A stretch of 64,000 nucleotides of DNA from Felis catus. Lineage: Eukaryota. The DNA lies in NCBI RefSeq assembly GCF_018350175.1, contig NC_058368.1, positions 17,548,001 to 17,612,000 on the forward strand, given 5' to 3'. Below, in pieces: positions 36,500 through 49,400 of this stretch; the first letter of the stretch is position 1; each line of letters begins with the position of its first letter. Below the pieces are notes generated by a model that worked only from the letters and a program-made list of their open reading frames with translations, searched no databases and was not told the origin of the DNA. Made by a program: the position numbers and the translations under genes.

Positions 36500-37956
36500 A
36501 AAACCCTATAGTACCATTTCTTGCTTTTAATTTAACATCTGGTAAAAAATACAGTTCATAACTCTAAAACTTGTTTTGTTCCTCTCAAGATCTCATTGTT
36601 TTGAGACAAATCAATTTATTTATTTGAAGTGCCATACAGATATATCATAATTCTAATATAAACATATTTATAACATGTCTATATCAAAAGTCATATTATG
36701 TCCACCATATGCATGCATCACAACTTATTATTCATTTCCATATTGATGAATATCTAGTTGATTTCAATTCTTTTATTATTGCAAGTGATATCATAGTGAG
36801 TATCCTTGTCTATCTCCTTGAGGGTAAGAATTTTCCTTTGGCTATACTCAGAAATGAAAATTGCTAAAACAGAGGTCTACATACTTTCAAATTTTCTAGA
36901 GAATGCCAACTTAATTCTCAAAGCAGTTGTAATGACCCTTTTTCTACATTCTCACCTACACTTGGAATAATTAGATTTTAAAAATTGTCATTGCTGCTTT
37001 ATTTTGCTAATAGCTAATAAAAGTGAGCATTTTCATAGCTTTGGTGGTTAGAAGCTTTCCTTTTCTGAAAATTGTCAGTTAATAATGTTTGCCTATTTTT
37101 CTTATGGAGTTGTGGGCGTTCTTTATATACCCTCCATACTTATCCTTGTATATCTGGCAACTGTGTTCATTTCAGTACTCTACTTCTCTTCATTTTGCTC
37201 ATCGTGCCTCTTGTCATTTAGAAACTTTAAAATTTTTGGTTTAGACAAATTTTTTGCTTATTTCTCTTATGAATTGTTATTAAATTCTTTATTATATTTT
37301 CCTTTTTTTATTATTTTGTTTTGTTTTGTAGTCTGACTTGTTTAAGGAATCCTTCCCTACCCCAGGAGCTTATTCTCCAAGGACAGGTTCTAATCTGATT
37401 TATGTGAGATTTTAATCTTCAATATGTCTAAAACTTATTTTTCTGTGGAATATAAGGTAGGTCTTAATTGTATTTTATTTCCCCACACAGAAATAGAATC
37501 ATATCAGTACTATTTACTGGACAGGCCATTATTTCCCCTTTTATGTGTATTACCTCCTCTCTTAGATACCAAGGACCTAGATAAACTTGGGTCTGTTTCT
37601 GGGCTCACTATTCCGTTCTAATAATTTGTGTATCTATTACTTTATAATGATACATTGTCTTAATTATTACACACATGTTTATATAGATTAATATATATCA
37701 TATAATGTAGAATTATAGATGCTAATAAATCTTTGATATCTGGTAAGAGGAGTCTCAGTTTCCTTTTAAAGAACTGTCTTGGCTATCACTGGACTTTTAT
37801 TCTATATGACTCTTAGAATAGTTGTTCAAGTCCATGGAAAACCTATTTGGAGATTTTACTGGAATGACATTTATTTTGCTGAAAAAGTTGCATTATCTGT
37901 ATATATTTAATCTTTCTCAATGAAATCAGTGAATTTTTCTCCTTGCTTAGGCCTAC

Positions 37957-38077
37957 TTTTTTTTTTTTTTCTTTTAGAGTTTATTTTTAAGTAATCTCCA
38001 CACCTGACCTGGAGCTTGAACACATGACCCCAAGATCAAGAGTCACATGCTCCACCAGCTGGACCAGCCAGATGCCC
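37957..38077 (-). mobile_element. Short Can-SINE variant
   Basis: AAGTAATCTCCACACC...ATGACCCCAAGATCAAGAGTCACATGCTC...CCAGCCAGATGCCCC. Confidence 0.85.
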
Positions 38078-38854
38078 CTCCTTAGCCCTGCTTTTGTGTC
38101 TTTCAGTAATATCCTTAATTTTTGCCATAAATATTTGCACATCTACTGTTAGATTTATTCTTAGATATGTTTTGTAACTATTCCTTATTACATTTTCTTG
38201 TTCATTGTTAGCTGTTAAATTTCATGTTGTTCACCTATCAACTGACTTTAATGAAATCTTTCATTAGTTTTAATAGCTTGTAAATTCCCTTGGGTTTTCC
38301 ATGTGCACAATCATATTGTCAGAAAAAAAATGTCAATTTTCTTTTCCCCTTTCAAACATTACACAGTTTCTGTATTTTTTCAGGCATTTTCCTGGTATTA
38401 ATTTACTGGCTAGACTCTCCTATATCATGATTTTTTTTCATTCTTACTTTTTATATTTTATTTTTTAAAATATTGATTGACTGATTAATTGACATGTAGA
38501 TAACATCCTCCCACATGACACTGAATGGCAAGGATCACATCCTCATTCCATTCCTCATTTCAGTGGGAATCCTATTGTTTCGTCACTAAGAATCATGTTT
38601 ATTGTATTCTTTGGGGAAATTCATTCTATCAAGCAAATGAAATTTCCTTCAGTTCTAGGTGGCTGTAAGTTTTAAATCATAAAAGAATTAAAAGAATAAA
38701 AGAATTTTGTATATACTCGAAGGAGTTTTTCTGCATCTAATAAAATGACTACATTTCCCCCCTCTGCTAATTTGTTATTATAGTGAGTTGAAATAGCAAG
38801 TGTTCTGATTTAATAACCCCTGTCTCCTGGGATAAGTCCTACGTGGTCCTCTTA

Positions 38855-40085
38855 GTTGTCTGGTTGGCTTGATTAGTAGACACCAGGAATTGCTTTGCTG
38901 GCTGAATAGGCTGTTACACTGGAAGTTCTGGCCAAGACTCTAGAACGACAGCTATCAGACACAATAGTCAACTTGAAATAGACTACCCAGTAGAATTTGG
39001 ATAAGAGGTGACCAAAGCTTCTTAGATCATTGGTAAGCCTTTTATCTATATCAAAGGTATAAAAGATTCTGGAGCCAGAGTTTCAAAAGGGGATGTAGGA
39101 AGAGGGTTTTGTTTTGTTTTGTTTTGTTTTGTTTTGTTTTGTTTTGTTTTTGTAAGGAATTATGGTATGAACTATCCATCCCCACTCCCCACCACTGTAA
39201 CCCCAAGGATTGGTGCTGGGTCAGGATTTCTGCACAAATCTGTGCATGCTGTTTAATGCACAAGGACACAAGGAAGGGGGAACATATAGGGCCTGAAATC
39301 CCTTGTGTGCTACTCACCAAGGTCAGTTGGAGAAAGGGTCACTTTTTTCTAATTCAAACCAAGGAACTGTTTGGGGCAAGTCTGTTCCCCCCCTTAAACC
39401 CAGTGGAAGGGGGATTCAACAGGATTACTCTGAGAGCCTTCTCTGTGTCATCCAAAGCTAGGCTGCAGTAGACTGATTCCCAGCTAAAGTTCTAAGGGGC
39501 TGAAGATGGGCTGGCTTGCTGCGGACAGCTGAGGCACGTGGGATCATCTCCCTCCCTGCGCAAGATGCTCTGGGTGGGGGAGGGGAAACAACATGAAAAA
39601 ACTCACCAAACAAGGCATTCGTTTTAAACATGCCTTAGGCCCAGAGAGCACAAGGACAGGTTAAACGGTGATACACATGGAAAGAACTATTTAGCTCTTT
39701 TTACCTCTCCTTTTCTGTGTACCTTCTTCTCATTCTCAGCCTCAGAGGGGCTGTTAGCAGCATTTAAGTGTGGTGGAATTTAGCAAGAAAAAGCAGTCAA
39801 CTCAGCCCTCCTTCCGTGGCCACTGGGTTTTCACAAAACCCAGCTACATCTCGGGAAGAAAGATCTATCCTTGAATCAAGTTTTAAGTTTTGATATGAGA
39901 CTTACCATTTGAATTTCTGAATTGAGACTGTGTTTGACTTGGGATTTTTTAATTGCCTAGAAATAATCAGAAAAATCCTGAGTATGCCTGAGTTTTCATC
40001 CGGGAGGGGGGAAGCAGTCCACTTCTTCACACACATTTTAAAGGCAGAGTGGGAAACAAAATGAAGATGTTTTATGAGTACGTCC
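38855..40085. mobile_element. Ancient LTR-like insertion within the L1M (family uncertain, LTR78-like); contains (GTTTT)n at 39106-39151
   Basis: A more GC-rich 1.2-kb block interrupts the antisense L1; the end GAGACTGTGTTTGACTTGGG...GGCAGAGTGGGAAACAAAATGAAG resembles old ERV LTRs. Confidence 0.45.
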
Positions 40086-40242
40086 TATGATTCTTGCTTG
40101 TTTGCTGTGCTAGTTACACAAGTACTACATTTAGGACTGTTGTGTTTTTTTTGATTGATGATAATGATCTTCAGTTTTCCTTTCTGATACTATCTTTGTC
40201 CAGTTTCTTATCAAAATTATAATAACCTCAAAAGAGGAGTTG

Positions 40243-40345
40243 GGTGCAGAGCCTGATGCAGGGTTTGAACTCACAAACCGTAAGATCATGACCTGAGCTG
40301 AAATCAAGAGTCGGTTGCTTAACCGACTGAGGCACCAGGTGCCCC
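40243..40345 (-). mobile_element. Can-SINE 5' half only
   Basis: GCAGAGCCTGATGCAGGG...CAGGTGCCCC with no GA tract or poly-T. Confidence 0.85.
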
Positions 40346-40664
40346 ACCTTTTTAAAAAATATTCTTAATTACAGAAGTGAGGCATCTTTTGGTTTTTGAG
40401 GATTTATTAACATTTTTCAGTATAACCTTTGTCAACCAAACCCTTGTTGGCCTTTGTTGAGAGGAAAACTTTCTTGACTGATTCAGTGTTTCTAACAGTT
40501 TTTGTTATGTTTGGGTCTTTTATTTCTTCTTGGGTTAGTTTTGGTAATTTCTGTTTTTGAAAATTTTCAATTTCATGTAAATGTTTAAATTTATTGTGAC
40601 AAGGTTATTCATTATATGGGTAAATATTATGAATGCTGATCTATATTTCTTCTTTTCTTCTTCT

Positions 40665-40990
40665 CAGGAAACCCTCAAGGGAAGACCACTCCCTGGCTGT
40701 CAGGCCTGCCCATATGACTTGGTCTGTCCAGTGCAATATGACAGAAAGTGATGAGTATCACCTCTAGGTACCAGGGTATAGCTAATAGCCAGTGTGGGGT
40801 GATCATGAAAGCAAATAGTAGGAGATCAGAGCACCCTAGAAGGCTCAGCTACCTGCAGAAAGATCTTGGGAGAATCACCTGGATAAACTAAGGGCCTTTT
40901 GTGAGCATAAATCAGCTTCTATTTTGTTAAGCCATTGAAATCTTTGTATGGATTTTTACTGTAATAAAAACTAGTCTGGCCTAATAAAAT
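40665..40990 (+). mobile_element. MaLR LTR fragment (MLT1I/J-like)
   Basis: CCATATGACTTGGTCTGTCCAGTGCAATATGACAGAAAGTGA...TGTTAAGCCATTGAAATCT. Confidence 0.7.
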
Positions 40991-41328
40991 ATTGCATATT
41001 TTTATATTGTATGTATTTGTATTTATAATAGTGCTTTCTTCTTTTTTTGACATGTTGTTACAGATTTACTAACATTTTCATTAGTCTTTTCAAAGAATCA
41101 GCTTTTATATGGTTGGTTATGCCTAAATACCCTTTCTATTTATTCTTTTCTTCTCCTTTGTATTTACTCTGTTGTCTGCTCTAGCTTCTAGAGTTGAATA
41201 TTTAGCTTGTTTACATTTAATCTGCTTTGTTTTTTAATACCTGTCTTTAAAGTTATAAATTTTCTCTAAGCACTGTTTAGTTATATCCTACCAGTTTTTA
41301 AAACTTTCTTTAGAAATTAATTTTAAGA

Positions 41329-41548
41329 TGGAGCACCTGCATGTCTCAGTCGATTGAGTGACTGACTTCAGCTCAGGTCATGATCTCACGGTTCGTGGGT
41401 TTGAGTACTTCATCGGGCCCTGTGCTGACAGCTCAGAGCCTGGAGCCTGCTTCGGATTCTGTGTCTCCTTCTCTCTCTGCCCTTTCCCTGCTGGCTCTCT
41501 CCCTTTCTCTCTTTGTCTCTCAAAAACAAATAAGAATTTAAAAATTAG
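41329..41548 (+). mobile_element. Can-SINE
   Basis: Typical body; flanks AATTA(A/T)TTTTAAGA. Confidence 0.92.
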
Positions 41549-42127
41549 AAAAAATTATTTTTAAGAAATTCATAATTTCCACTCTGACTCATTGTCATCT
41601 TTTATTGCTGATATTGAATCTATTTGCATTGCAGTCAAGGACACAGGTTATAGCCTATCACCTCTTTGGATCTTTGTGGCCTAAAAAGTGGTCAGCTTTC
41701 TTGACTGTTCCATGGATGGCTCAGAAGGATATTCGTTCTCTGCATACTAGTTCAGAATCTTACAGGCAGTTATTAGGTAAAGTTTGGGACTCATATTGTT
41801 CATATCTCCTGTGTTTTTACAAAATTTCTCTTCTTGATCACATTTTCTAAGAGATACATGTTTAAGTCTCCCCATATAACTATAGATTTATCAGTTTTCC
41901 ATATGTTTGACTCTGCTTTATGCATTCACATTCATGATAATCATATATTTTGGTGAACTGTTGCTTTAATTATTGGTAGTGTTTTTAACTCTAGAAATAA
42001 TTTTTCCTTTAATGCATCTTTTTCTAATACCAGCATTTATAGCTTCTTTTGGCTATTTTCCTGATCTATCTTTTCACATAGCTTTATTATCTACTGTTAT
42101 GTCTTATTTTTCCATAAGTTTGATTCC

Positions 42128-42180
42128 TTTTTTTTATTAAAAAAATGTTTATTTATTTTTGAGAGAGAGAGACAGGAGGA

Positions 42181-42227
<47 letters not shown>

Positions 42228-42386
42228 ATGCAAGCAGGGGAGGGGCAGAGAGAGGGAGACAGAGATTCCAAAACAGGCTCTGCACTGTCAGTATAAAGCC
42301 TGATGTGGGGCTCGACCTCACAAACCATGAGATCATGACCTGAGCCAAAGGTGGATACTCAACTGACTAAGCCATCCAGGTGCCCC
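42128..42386 (-). mobile_element. Can-SINE with long (GA)n
   Basis: Reverse SINE; TSD TAAGTTTGATTC. Confidence 0.95.
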
Positions 42387-42481
42387 CTTAAGTTTGATTC
42401 TTACAATGAAGAACAGGGCTGGATATTAAAAACATCATCTGATAAGAATACTCCCTTTCCAACTGGATTGATATGATGAAA

Positions 42482-42932
42482 CAAAAGTCACCCCTTATCC
42501 ACAGGGGATACATTCCAAGCCCCCCACAGATACTGCTGGACCCTATATGTACTGTTTTTTCCTTTACGTACATACTTATGATAATGTTTTATTTTGAAAT
42601 TAGGCACACCAAGAGAATAACAACAAGAGCTAATGATAAAATAGGGCAATAATAACAAGGTGTAATACAAGTTACATGAACGTCATCTCTTTCTCAAAAT
42701 ATTCTATTGTACTGCACTCACCCTTCCTGCCATGATGTGAGACTATCAAACGCCTACATGATAAGATGAAGTATGGTAGATGACGTATGCATTGTGACGT
42801 AGCCATTAGGCTACTAATGACCTTCTGAGGATACATCAGAAAGAGGATCATGGGCTTCTGGACCAAGGTTGACTGCAGGTGCCTGAAATGACAGAAAGCA
42901 AAGCCAAACCATGGATAAAGGGGGACCAGTGT
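42482..42932 (-). mobile_element. MER44-type (Tigger7-derived) DNA transposon
   Basis: Inverted termini AGTCACCCCTTATCCAC...GGGGATACATTCCAAG and TGGATAAAGGGGGACCAGTG|TA; internal TGTGACGTAGCCATTAGGCTACTAATGACCTTCTG. Confidence 0.85.
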
Positions 42933-44479
42933 ATAATAAATCCTGTAACTCAGATTCAGATTCAACACTTAATAGATGTGCTATGTTGTATCACCTATCC
43001 ATTCCACATGCTATTTTCTTTCTTGGCCTTCTTGGCCGTTTTTCCTCTTGCTCCTCTTCCTTATGTATAATTGTTTTAAAGTCAATCCCTCAGCTAACCA
43101 ATGAGGATTTTTTCTCAAACATAACCATCATAAAATCTGGAAAAAAAACCCAATAATTTCTTCACAATATTTAATAACCCAGTCTACATTAAAATTTCCA
43201 CAAAGAAGTTCCATTTGTTGCATTTTGTTGTTGCCTTTTTGTTTAATGACTATTTCCTCTGTTCTTCTGTTTTTATTCTACATCACATTTTGTTGGAAAA
43301 AACAAATTATTTTTCCTGTAGAATATCCTACATTCTGAATCTGGTAGTATGCTTCTTCAAGGTGGCTTTTAACTTATTTTTCTAATCTCATGATTACTAT
43401 AATAATTAGATTTAGAGAAAGATTAGATTAAATTCTAGAAATCCAGTTTGTTCTAGGATAAAAGCTCTATTCTTCCTCTTCACTTACCAATTTTCAGAAT
43501 AATGATTTTGTTTCCTACAACCCTCCAAGAGAGGTCAGCGAGGTTTCTTTTTTTCAGCATTATGATCTCATGAATATTATATATTTGATATGATAATCTC
43601 TTATAAACTGATGACCTTTATTTAAAATTTTATGGTTTCTTATATTTCTGACATACTTCTGCCACATTACTTCATGTTTTTCTGTTTTGTCCTGTTTTTC
43701 TTTGCTCTCCCCCATTCTTCTTCTTATTTATTAGATTCATTCATTATTCTCTTTTTTTTTCTACTCACTTATGCTTAGATTTAGTACTTTAACAAAAATA
43801 TACAATTTGATAAAGTATAAAGTCCTTAATTATTTACGTCATTCTTACCAATAATATCAGGATGTTGGAACTTTTTAATTGTGATCTTATGTTCCCATCT
43901 TCCATGCCATTTTTGCTTATTGTTTTAATTTCACTTTTTAAAATCCATCAAATATTCTAATTTTTATTGTCATAAGTTTATAGCCAATGCTTTATATTTC
44001 CCAATGTATTTACAATGTTCTTAGCTTGTTATTGTCTACTGCATTCCACTAATTCTAGTCTGAATTGCTTTCTTCTTGAACCACATACTTTAGCAGATAC
44101 ATTGGTGAAAGACTGTGAATAGTAATTTCCGTGGGTATAGGTTTGTGTACATATGTCTTTATTTTACTCTCATTCTTGAATGATATTAATATTGGTTACA
44201 TAACTCTAGGTTGACAATTATTTTCTTTCAAGACTATTAAAGTATTACTTCATCTTTTGGAATATCTGTTATTGTTGATAAGATTTCTGTCAGCTGAATT
44301 CTCATTCTTTATTGGTAACCATCTTCAGGAAATAAAAGGTAGAATGATTAGAAAATAAGAAAACTTAAGAATGATATAATTACCCAGTATAAAAGTCAAT
44401 AGAATCTATAGCATTACTATTTGAATTAATATTTAGGACTGTTCATTAAGGTTAGTAGATTGTGAAAATAAGTAGTATT

Positions 44480-45200
44480 TATATACATAGAGAACAGCAT
44501 GTATGAAGGAACAAAACCAAGAGAAAATGAAATTTGTCATGGTTGAAGTACATGGAATAGAGTAGAAAGGGGTAATTGATTGGGCTGGAGAAAATGAGGG
44601 GCTCCAGATTATAAAAGAACCATCTAAGTCATACCAAGGAGTGCAAGTGTAGTACTGAAAATAACCAAATCCATTGAAGGGTATGGAGGAAGCAAAGAAT
44701 AAGATTTATCATTTTAGAAAAATCCACTAGGCTAAGTCATAAGACAGGGATTAAAGGGGGGTAAGATTAAAGATACGGACAGTTACAAAAGGGGAAGTGA
44801 GACATGATAGATTGTGGGGTGAGGCAAATGAGGAGGGACCCATTGATAAGTTGTATAGGAGGAAGAACTGATTGGATACAGAATGAGGTGAGGGAGGAAT
44901 CACAGCCATGACCAAGTTTTGGCACAGGGAATGGAGCAAGTGGTGGTGAGAAAGATCAGAATCCAGTTTGGCATACATTGAATTAGAGCATTTTACAGGA
45001 CTTCTAAGAGGATGTGTTAGAGAAAAGCTTGGTATATGGATCAGAAGCTCAGAAGAGAGATGTGAGTCCCCATCTCTTTACAGATGGTAATTGAAGTCAT
45101 GGAAGTGAATGAGATCACAGTGGGTAGGAAAGGGCCTAGGACAGACCAAGATATAGTTTCAAGAAAGGGACATTTGTAAGATGGGCATTGAAAGAGTTGC
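44480..45200 (-). mobile_element. L2 LINE fragment
   Basis: Purine-rich L2 antisense motifs (CCATTGAAGGG, TTTAGAAAAATCCACT, CAGTTTGGCATACATTGAATT, AGATGGTAATTGAAGTCATGGAAGTGAATGAGATC). Confidence 0.75.
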
Positions 45201-45410
45201 CAGTAAATAAATTTTATATGTATGTATATATATAAAAAAAATACATATAGTATATATATATAGTATAAATAATATATAGTATATATATAAGTACATGAAT
45301 TATAAACATATAAATTATATATATAAATGTAAAGTCAGAAGGATAGAGCAAATCAAGAAAGTTCACATAATTGAAGCCAACAGAATGGAATGGGCCAAGA
45401 CTTTGTTTTC

Positions 45411-47380
45411 AATAGAGGTGATGTCATCACAACGGCAAAATAGAGGTGTTTCTACTGTCCCCACCCCCTTACAAGAGAATACCAATTTCAACAATAATCC
45501 ATGGACCAGAGTTGGTTTGTGGAATTTGGAGAGTCCAGTGGAGAGGTTCCAGCATACTGCTAGAGCTGGACATATACATCCAAGATTGGAGGCACGTAAG
45601 AGGGAAAGTTGAACAGTTTTACGTTACCCTTCGTCTAAGGCAGCACAGCTCAGTGCCAAGAGAGACCATGATTTCCCACGCGGGAAAGTGAGAGGGTGTG
45701 AGTAAACACCCAGCATCTCTAGCTGTGTGGGATGCTGCCCAAGAAACCCACTTCTTTCTCACCCTACCCAGACTAACAAGGTGTGCTACATAATTGAGGG
45801 AGGGGAATGGCTGGGAGAACAGCATCTAGGGCTGTTGGAGGGGGTCACAGTGTCGCAGTTCCTACTAACTGCTTTGCAGACTCCGTGAGGAAGCCTGCTT
45901 GCTAGCTCTTGGTGATGTGTCACGTACGGATCTGCTCAATTGACCCACGGACACCCCGGCTCTCTGCGTGCCTGACTCACATATGCTACCAGCCTGTGGT
46001 TGGCTCCTGGTGCATCCTCCCAAGGGCAGTGAGAGCAAGCCTTTGCAGATGACTAGCGAGCATGTTCAGAAAGCTAGCCCAACTCTACAGGATTGGGAGA
46101 AAGCACACACATCTGAGTATTCAGTGTATCTCTAAGGAAAACAAACAAACAGGAGGCTGTCAGCACCCAGCATGGCTTTGCAGGATCCAAAGAAGGCATA
46201 AAATCTTAAGAATTCTTCCTCAAGAGGGAACAAGAAGTATAGGGCAGAGGTATCCATAGGCAGGGTCTGAGAAAGCCTCAGAATGTCTAACAGAGCTGAC
46301 AGAGGTACTTCTCTTGAAAGGCTTCAAGGGGCACGAAAAGCAAGGTAACATGACACCACCAAAGGAATACAGTAATTTTTCGGTAACTGACCCCAAAGGA
46401 GTGGAGGTCTACAGTTGCCCAATAAGTAATTCAAAGCAGTCGTTTGAAGGGAGTTCAGCGAGCAATAAGAAAACATAGAAAGACAATTCAATAATATCAG
46501 GAAAATAATACACCAACAAAATGAGAAGTTTAATAAAGAGAAATCATCAAAAGGAACCAAAGAGAAATTCTGGAGCTGAAGAATACAATGCATGAGTTGA
46601 AAATGCAGTAGAAAGTACCTACGGCAGACTTGATCAAGCAGAAGAAAGATTTTAAAGTGGAAGAAAGATCACTTAAAACTATTCAATCAGAGGAGAACAA
46701 AGCAAGAAATAAAGAAAGAGTGAAGACAGCCTGTGGGAACTGTGATACAAAAACAATCTGCGTGGTTGCAGTCCCTGGAGAAGACAGGGAGAAAGGGGCA
46801 GGAAGCCTATTTAAAGAAATAATGGCTGAGAACTTCCCAAATCTGGGGAGAGATTTGGGCATGAAAGTTCATGAAGCTTAAAGGTCTTCAAAATTTTAAC
46901 TGAAAAAGGTCTTCTCCAAGACGTTGTAATTTAAAACATCAGAGCCGAAAAGACAATTTTAAAAGCAGCAAAAGAAAACAACAACAACAACAATATTCCT
47001 TGTATACAAAAAAGCTGAACTCCAAGAGACAGACAGTAGAATGGTGGTTGTCAGAGGCCATGGAGGGGTGGGAGAAAAGGGGAGATGTTAGTCAAAGGGC
47101 ACAAGCTTCCATTTCAAGTTCTGGGGATCTAGGGTTCAGCATGGTGATGATAGTTAACAATACTGCAGCATATACAGTTGCTAAGTTGCTAAGGGAATAA
47201 ATCTTAAGTGTTCTCACCACACACGCACAAACACAAAATGTTGTTACCTGAGGTGTTCGCTAATCTTATTATGGTGATCTTTCAGCGAAACATATTGTAT
47301 CATATCATCACATTGTATACTTTAAGCTTACACAATTTTATATGTCAATTGTATCCCCAAAAAACTGGGTGGAGGGAGGG
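45411..47380 (+). mobile_element. Internally deleted L1: 5'UTR and partial ORF1 joined to the 3'UTR, no ORF2
   Basis: ORF1-like peptide ...GEDREKGAGSLFKEIMAENFPNLGRD...VHEA (46630-46881); L1MA9/Carn-type 3'UTR from ~47005; TSD AAG(A/G)CTTTGTTTTC at 45397-45410 and 47381-47394. Confidence 0.85.
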
Positions 47381-47419
47381 AAGGCTTTGTTTTCTCCAAT
47401 ACTGTCATCCTACCACATA

Positions 47420-48040
47420 AAACAGGGCTTGCCACTTGGTAGGTGATGATCAATGATTGTTGAATGACTGAACGAAGGAAGGACTCATTCATACTATCAA
47501 AGGCTTCCTAGAATCCAAGGAATATAAGGACTGAGAATTCTCTACCCAAAACACTGCTGGTGACTTTGGCAAGATTTGTTCCTGTGCAAGAGTGGGTGTT
47601 GAATCCACACTGCAGGTGTAGTGAACAGCACAGTAGTGAAGATGGAAAGTGTAGAGAACTCTTTCAGTAGGAGAAAAGAGAGCGGTACCTGGAAGATATT
47701 GTGTGGGCCTAGACTTTTGTGTTTATTTTTTAAGAATTGAGACCCTTGGCTATGTTTAAGAGCTGACAGAAGAAAGCCAGAATGCCAGAGAGCTAGAGAA
47801 TGGAGATTAAAGGTCCAGAAATGGGAAGGGTAGTGCTTCAACAGAGTGGCCCTCAGATGGTTGGGGAAGGAGTCCAGGGTACAGACAGAAGATCAGCCTT
47901 AGACAATGGAGGGCTATCTCATCCCCTCAAGGTCGACGCAAACCAGCTTGAGATACGGTGCAGGGAAGCTAAGGAAGTTCCTGTTTGATGATACTTAGTT
48001 TTTCTGTAAAGCAGAGAGCAAGGGCATTTGCTGGGAATTA
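47420..48040. mobile_element. L2 fragments
   Basis: GTAGGTGATGATCAATGATTGTTGAATGA; TGGTGACTTTGGCAAGA; GAGAACTCTTTCAGTAG. Confidence 0.65.
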
Positions 48041-49029
48041 GGGAAAATAATTAATTTCCTAGGCTGCCTGGAAGTTCTTAATTTATATTTCTATGGAACA
48101 TATGTCATACCCTTAGGACCTCCCCAGGAACTGTTAGTAATTAAGGCTTTTTAATAGGCCAACTGGAAATGCTGATTTTCATAATTTATTTTCTAATTTA
48201 TGCTTCTTTCAGTAAGAAAATTGTCATGTTATTTGGCAAAGCTAAATATCAGTCCCTCTCCTCACGACATTGATTATGAGGTTCTTGGATTCTTTACCAT
48301 CAGGGATTCCTTTTGTAATATTTCCCCATCACCCCTTATGTGTTTGGAAGATACTGTCTAGCAAACAAACTACATTTATAAATGTAGATTTCTATTTTTG
48401 ATTAATTTGATGTAACATTTGCTCATAGCCAAAAAAAGTAACTGATCAGCATGAGTAATCATGTTTGATTAATCTAATTCAAATCAAAATCAAAGGAATA
48501 TGACATTTTAGTTATCCTGTGAAATCTTACTGAAGATGAATCTATGATGCTTCTTGGGTTTTTTTGTTTGTTTTTTTGTTTTTGTACATATTGAGAGCAA
48601 CTTTTGGACTCCCCTTATTTCTTAATATGATTGGTGGAAAGACTACTGGTATACTGCGACCACCTAAACCTTGATATTCACTGTGGTTTAAGTTCTAACC
48701 CCAAGATGTCCAATATTAAAGTGTTTTCTTTCCCAAACCAAGGATGTATAGTCCAATTGCCCTTCATACATATTCACATTTTAGTGAGAATTTTAAGAAG
48801 CAGCAACCCTGAAAGCAAATGGTTGATTTAGCCTCTTTAGAAAAGCAGACCATCATTTACTAAATTACTTTGTTCTTGAAAGAGATATTTCAACAACCCT
48901 AATACCTTGACGTAATTGAGGTTTTTAGTTCTTTTTGAGAATAATAATGAACGATAACTTTGTAATAAAGCTACAAAGGATGATTTTATCTATTTCAATT
49001 CTGATACACATTAGTTGGATTATGTAGAA

Positions 49030-49400
49030 AAAAAACTATCATTCAATGAATGTTTCTTGAATTCCTTATGAGCCACGTAACATTCTGGGATACAAATGTG
49101 GATATAATAGACACAAACCTTGTCTTTGGATATCTTACATGAAACAAATAATAATACAAATAGCCAATGTATTATAAATTGCTGTAATATGTAAGAAATT
49201 ATAACAACTTGAACCACTGAGGGAAAATATGGTGTGCAATGAGGAATTATAACAAGAGAGCCTAATTTAAATGAGAGATTGGAAGGCTTCTCCATAGAAG
49301 TGCCATTTAAGCAGAAATTTTAGTGTCAGTTGGTTTTAGTTGGAGATAGACAGGGGTGGGAGGGGTTTCCAGGCAGAAGAAATAGAACCTTTGAATACCG
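49030..49400 (-). mobile_element. L2 3' fragment
   Basis: TCATTCAATGAATGTTTCTTGAATTCC...GGAAGGCTTCTCCATAGAAG...TTCCAGGCAGAAGA. Confidence 0.7.

Larger units (their letters stand above)
36190..44330 (-). mobile_element. Long, highly decayed L1M (antisense) fragmented by younger insertions
   Basis: T-rich antisense L1 motifs: GGGTCTGTTTCTGGGCTCACTATTCCGTTC (37590), GTTAGATTTATTCTTAGATA (38150), TTACTGGCTAGACTCTCC, TAGTCTTTTCAAAGAATCAGCTT (41080), CATTCTTGAATGATAT (44170). Confidence 0.75.
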
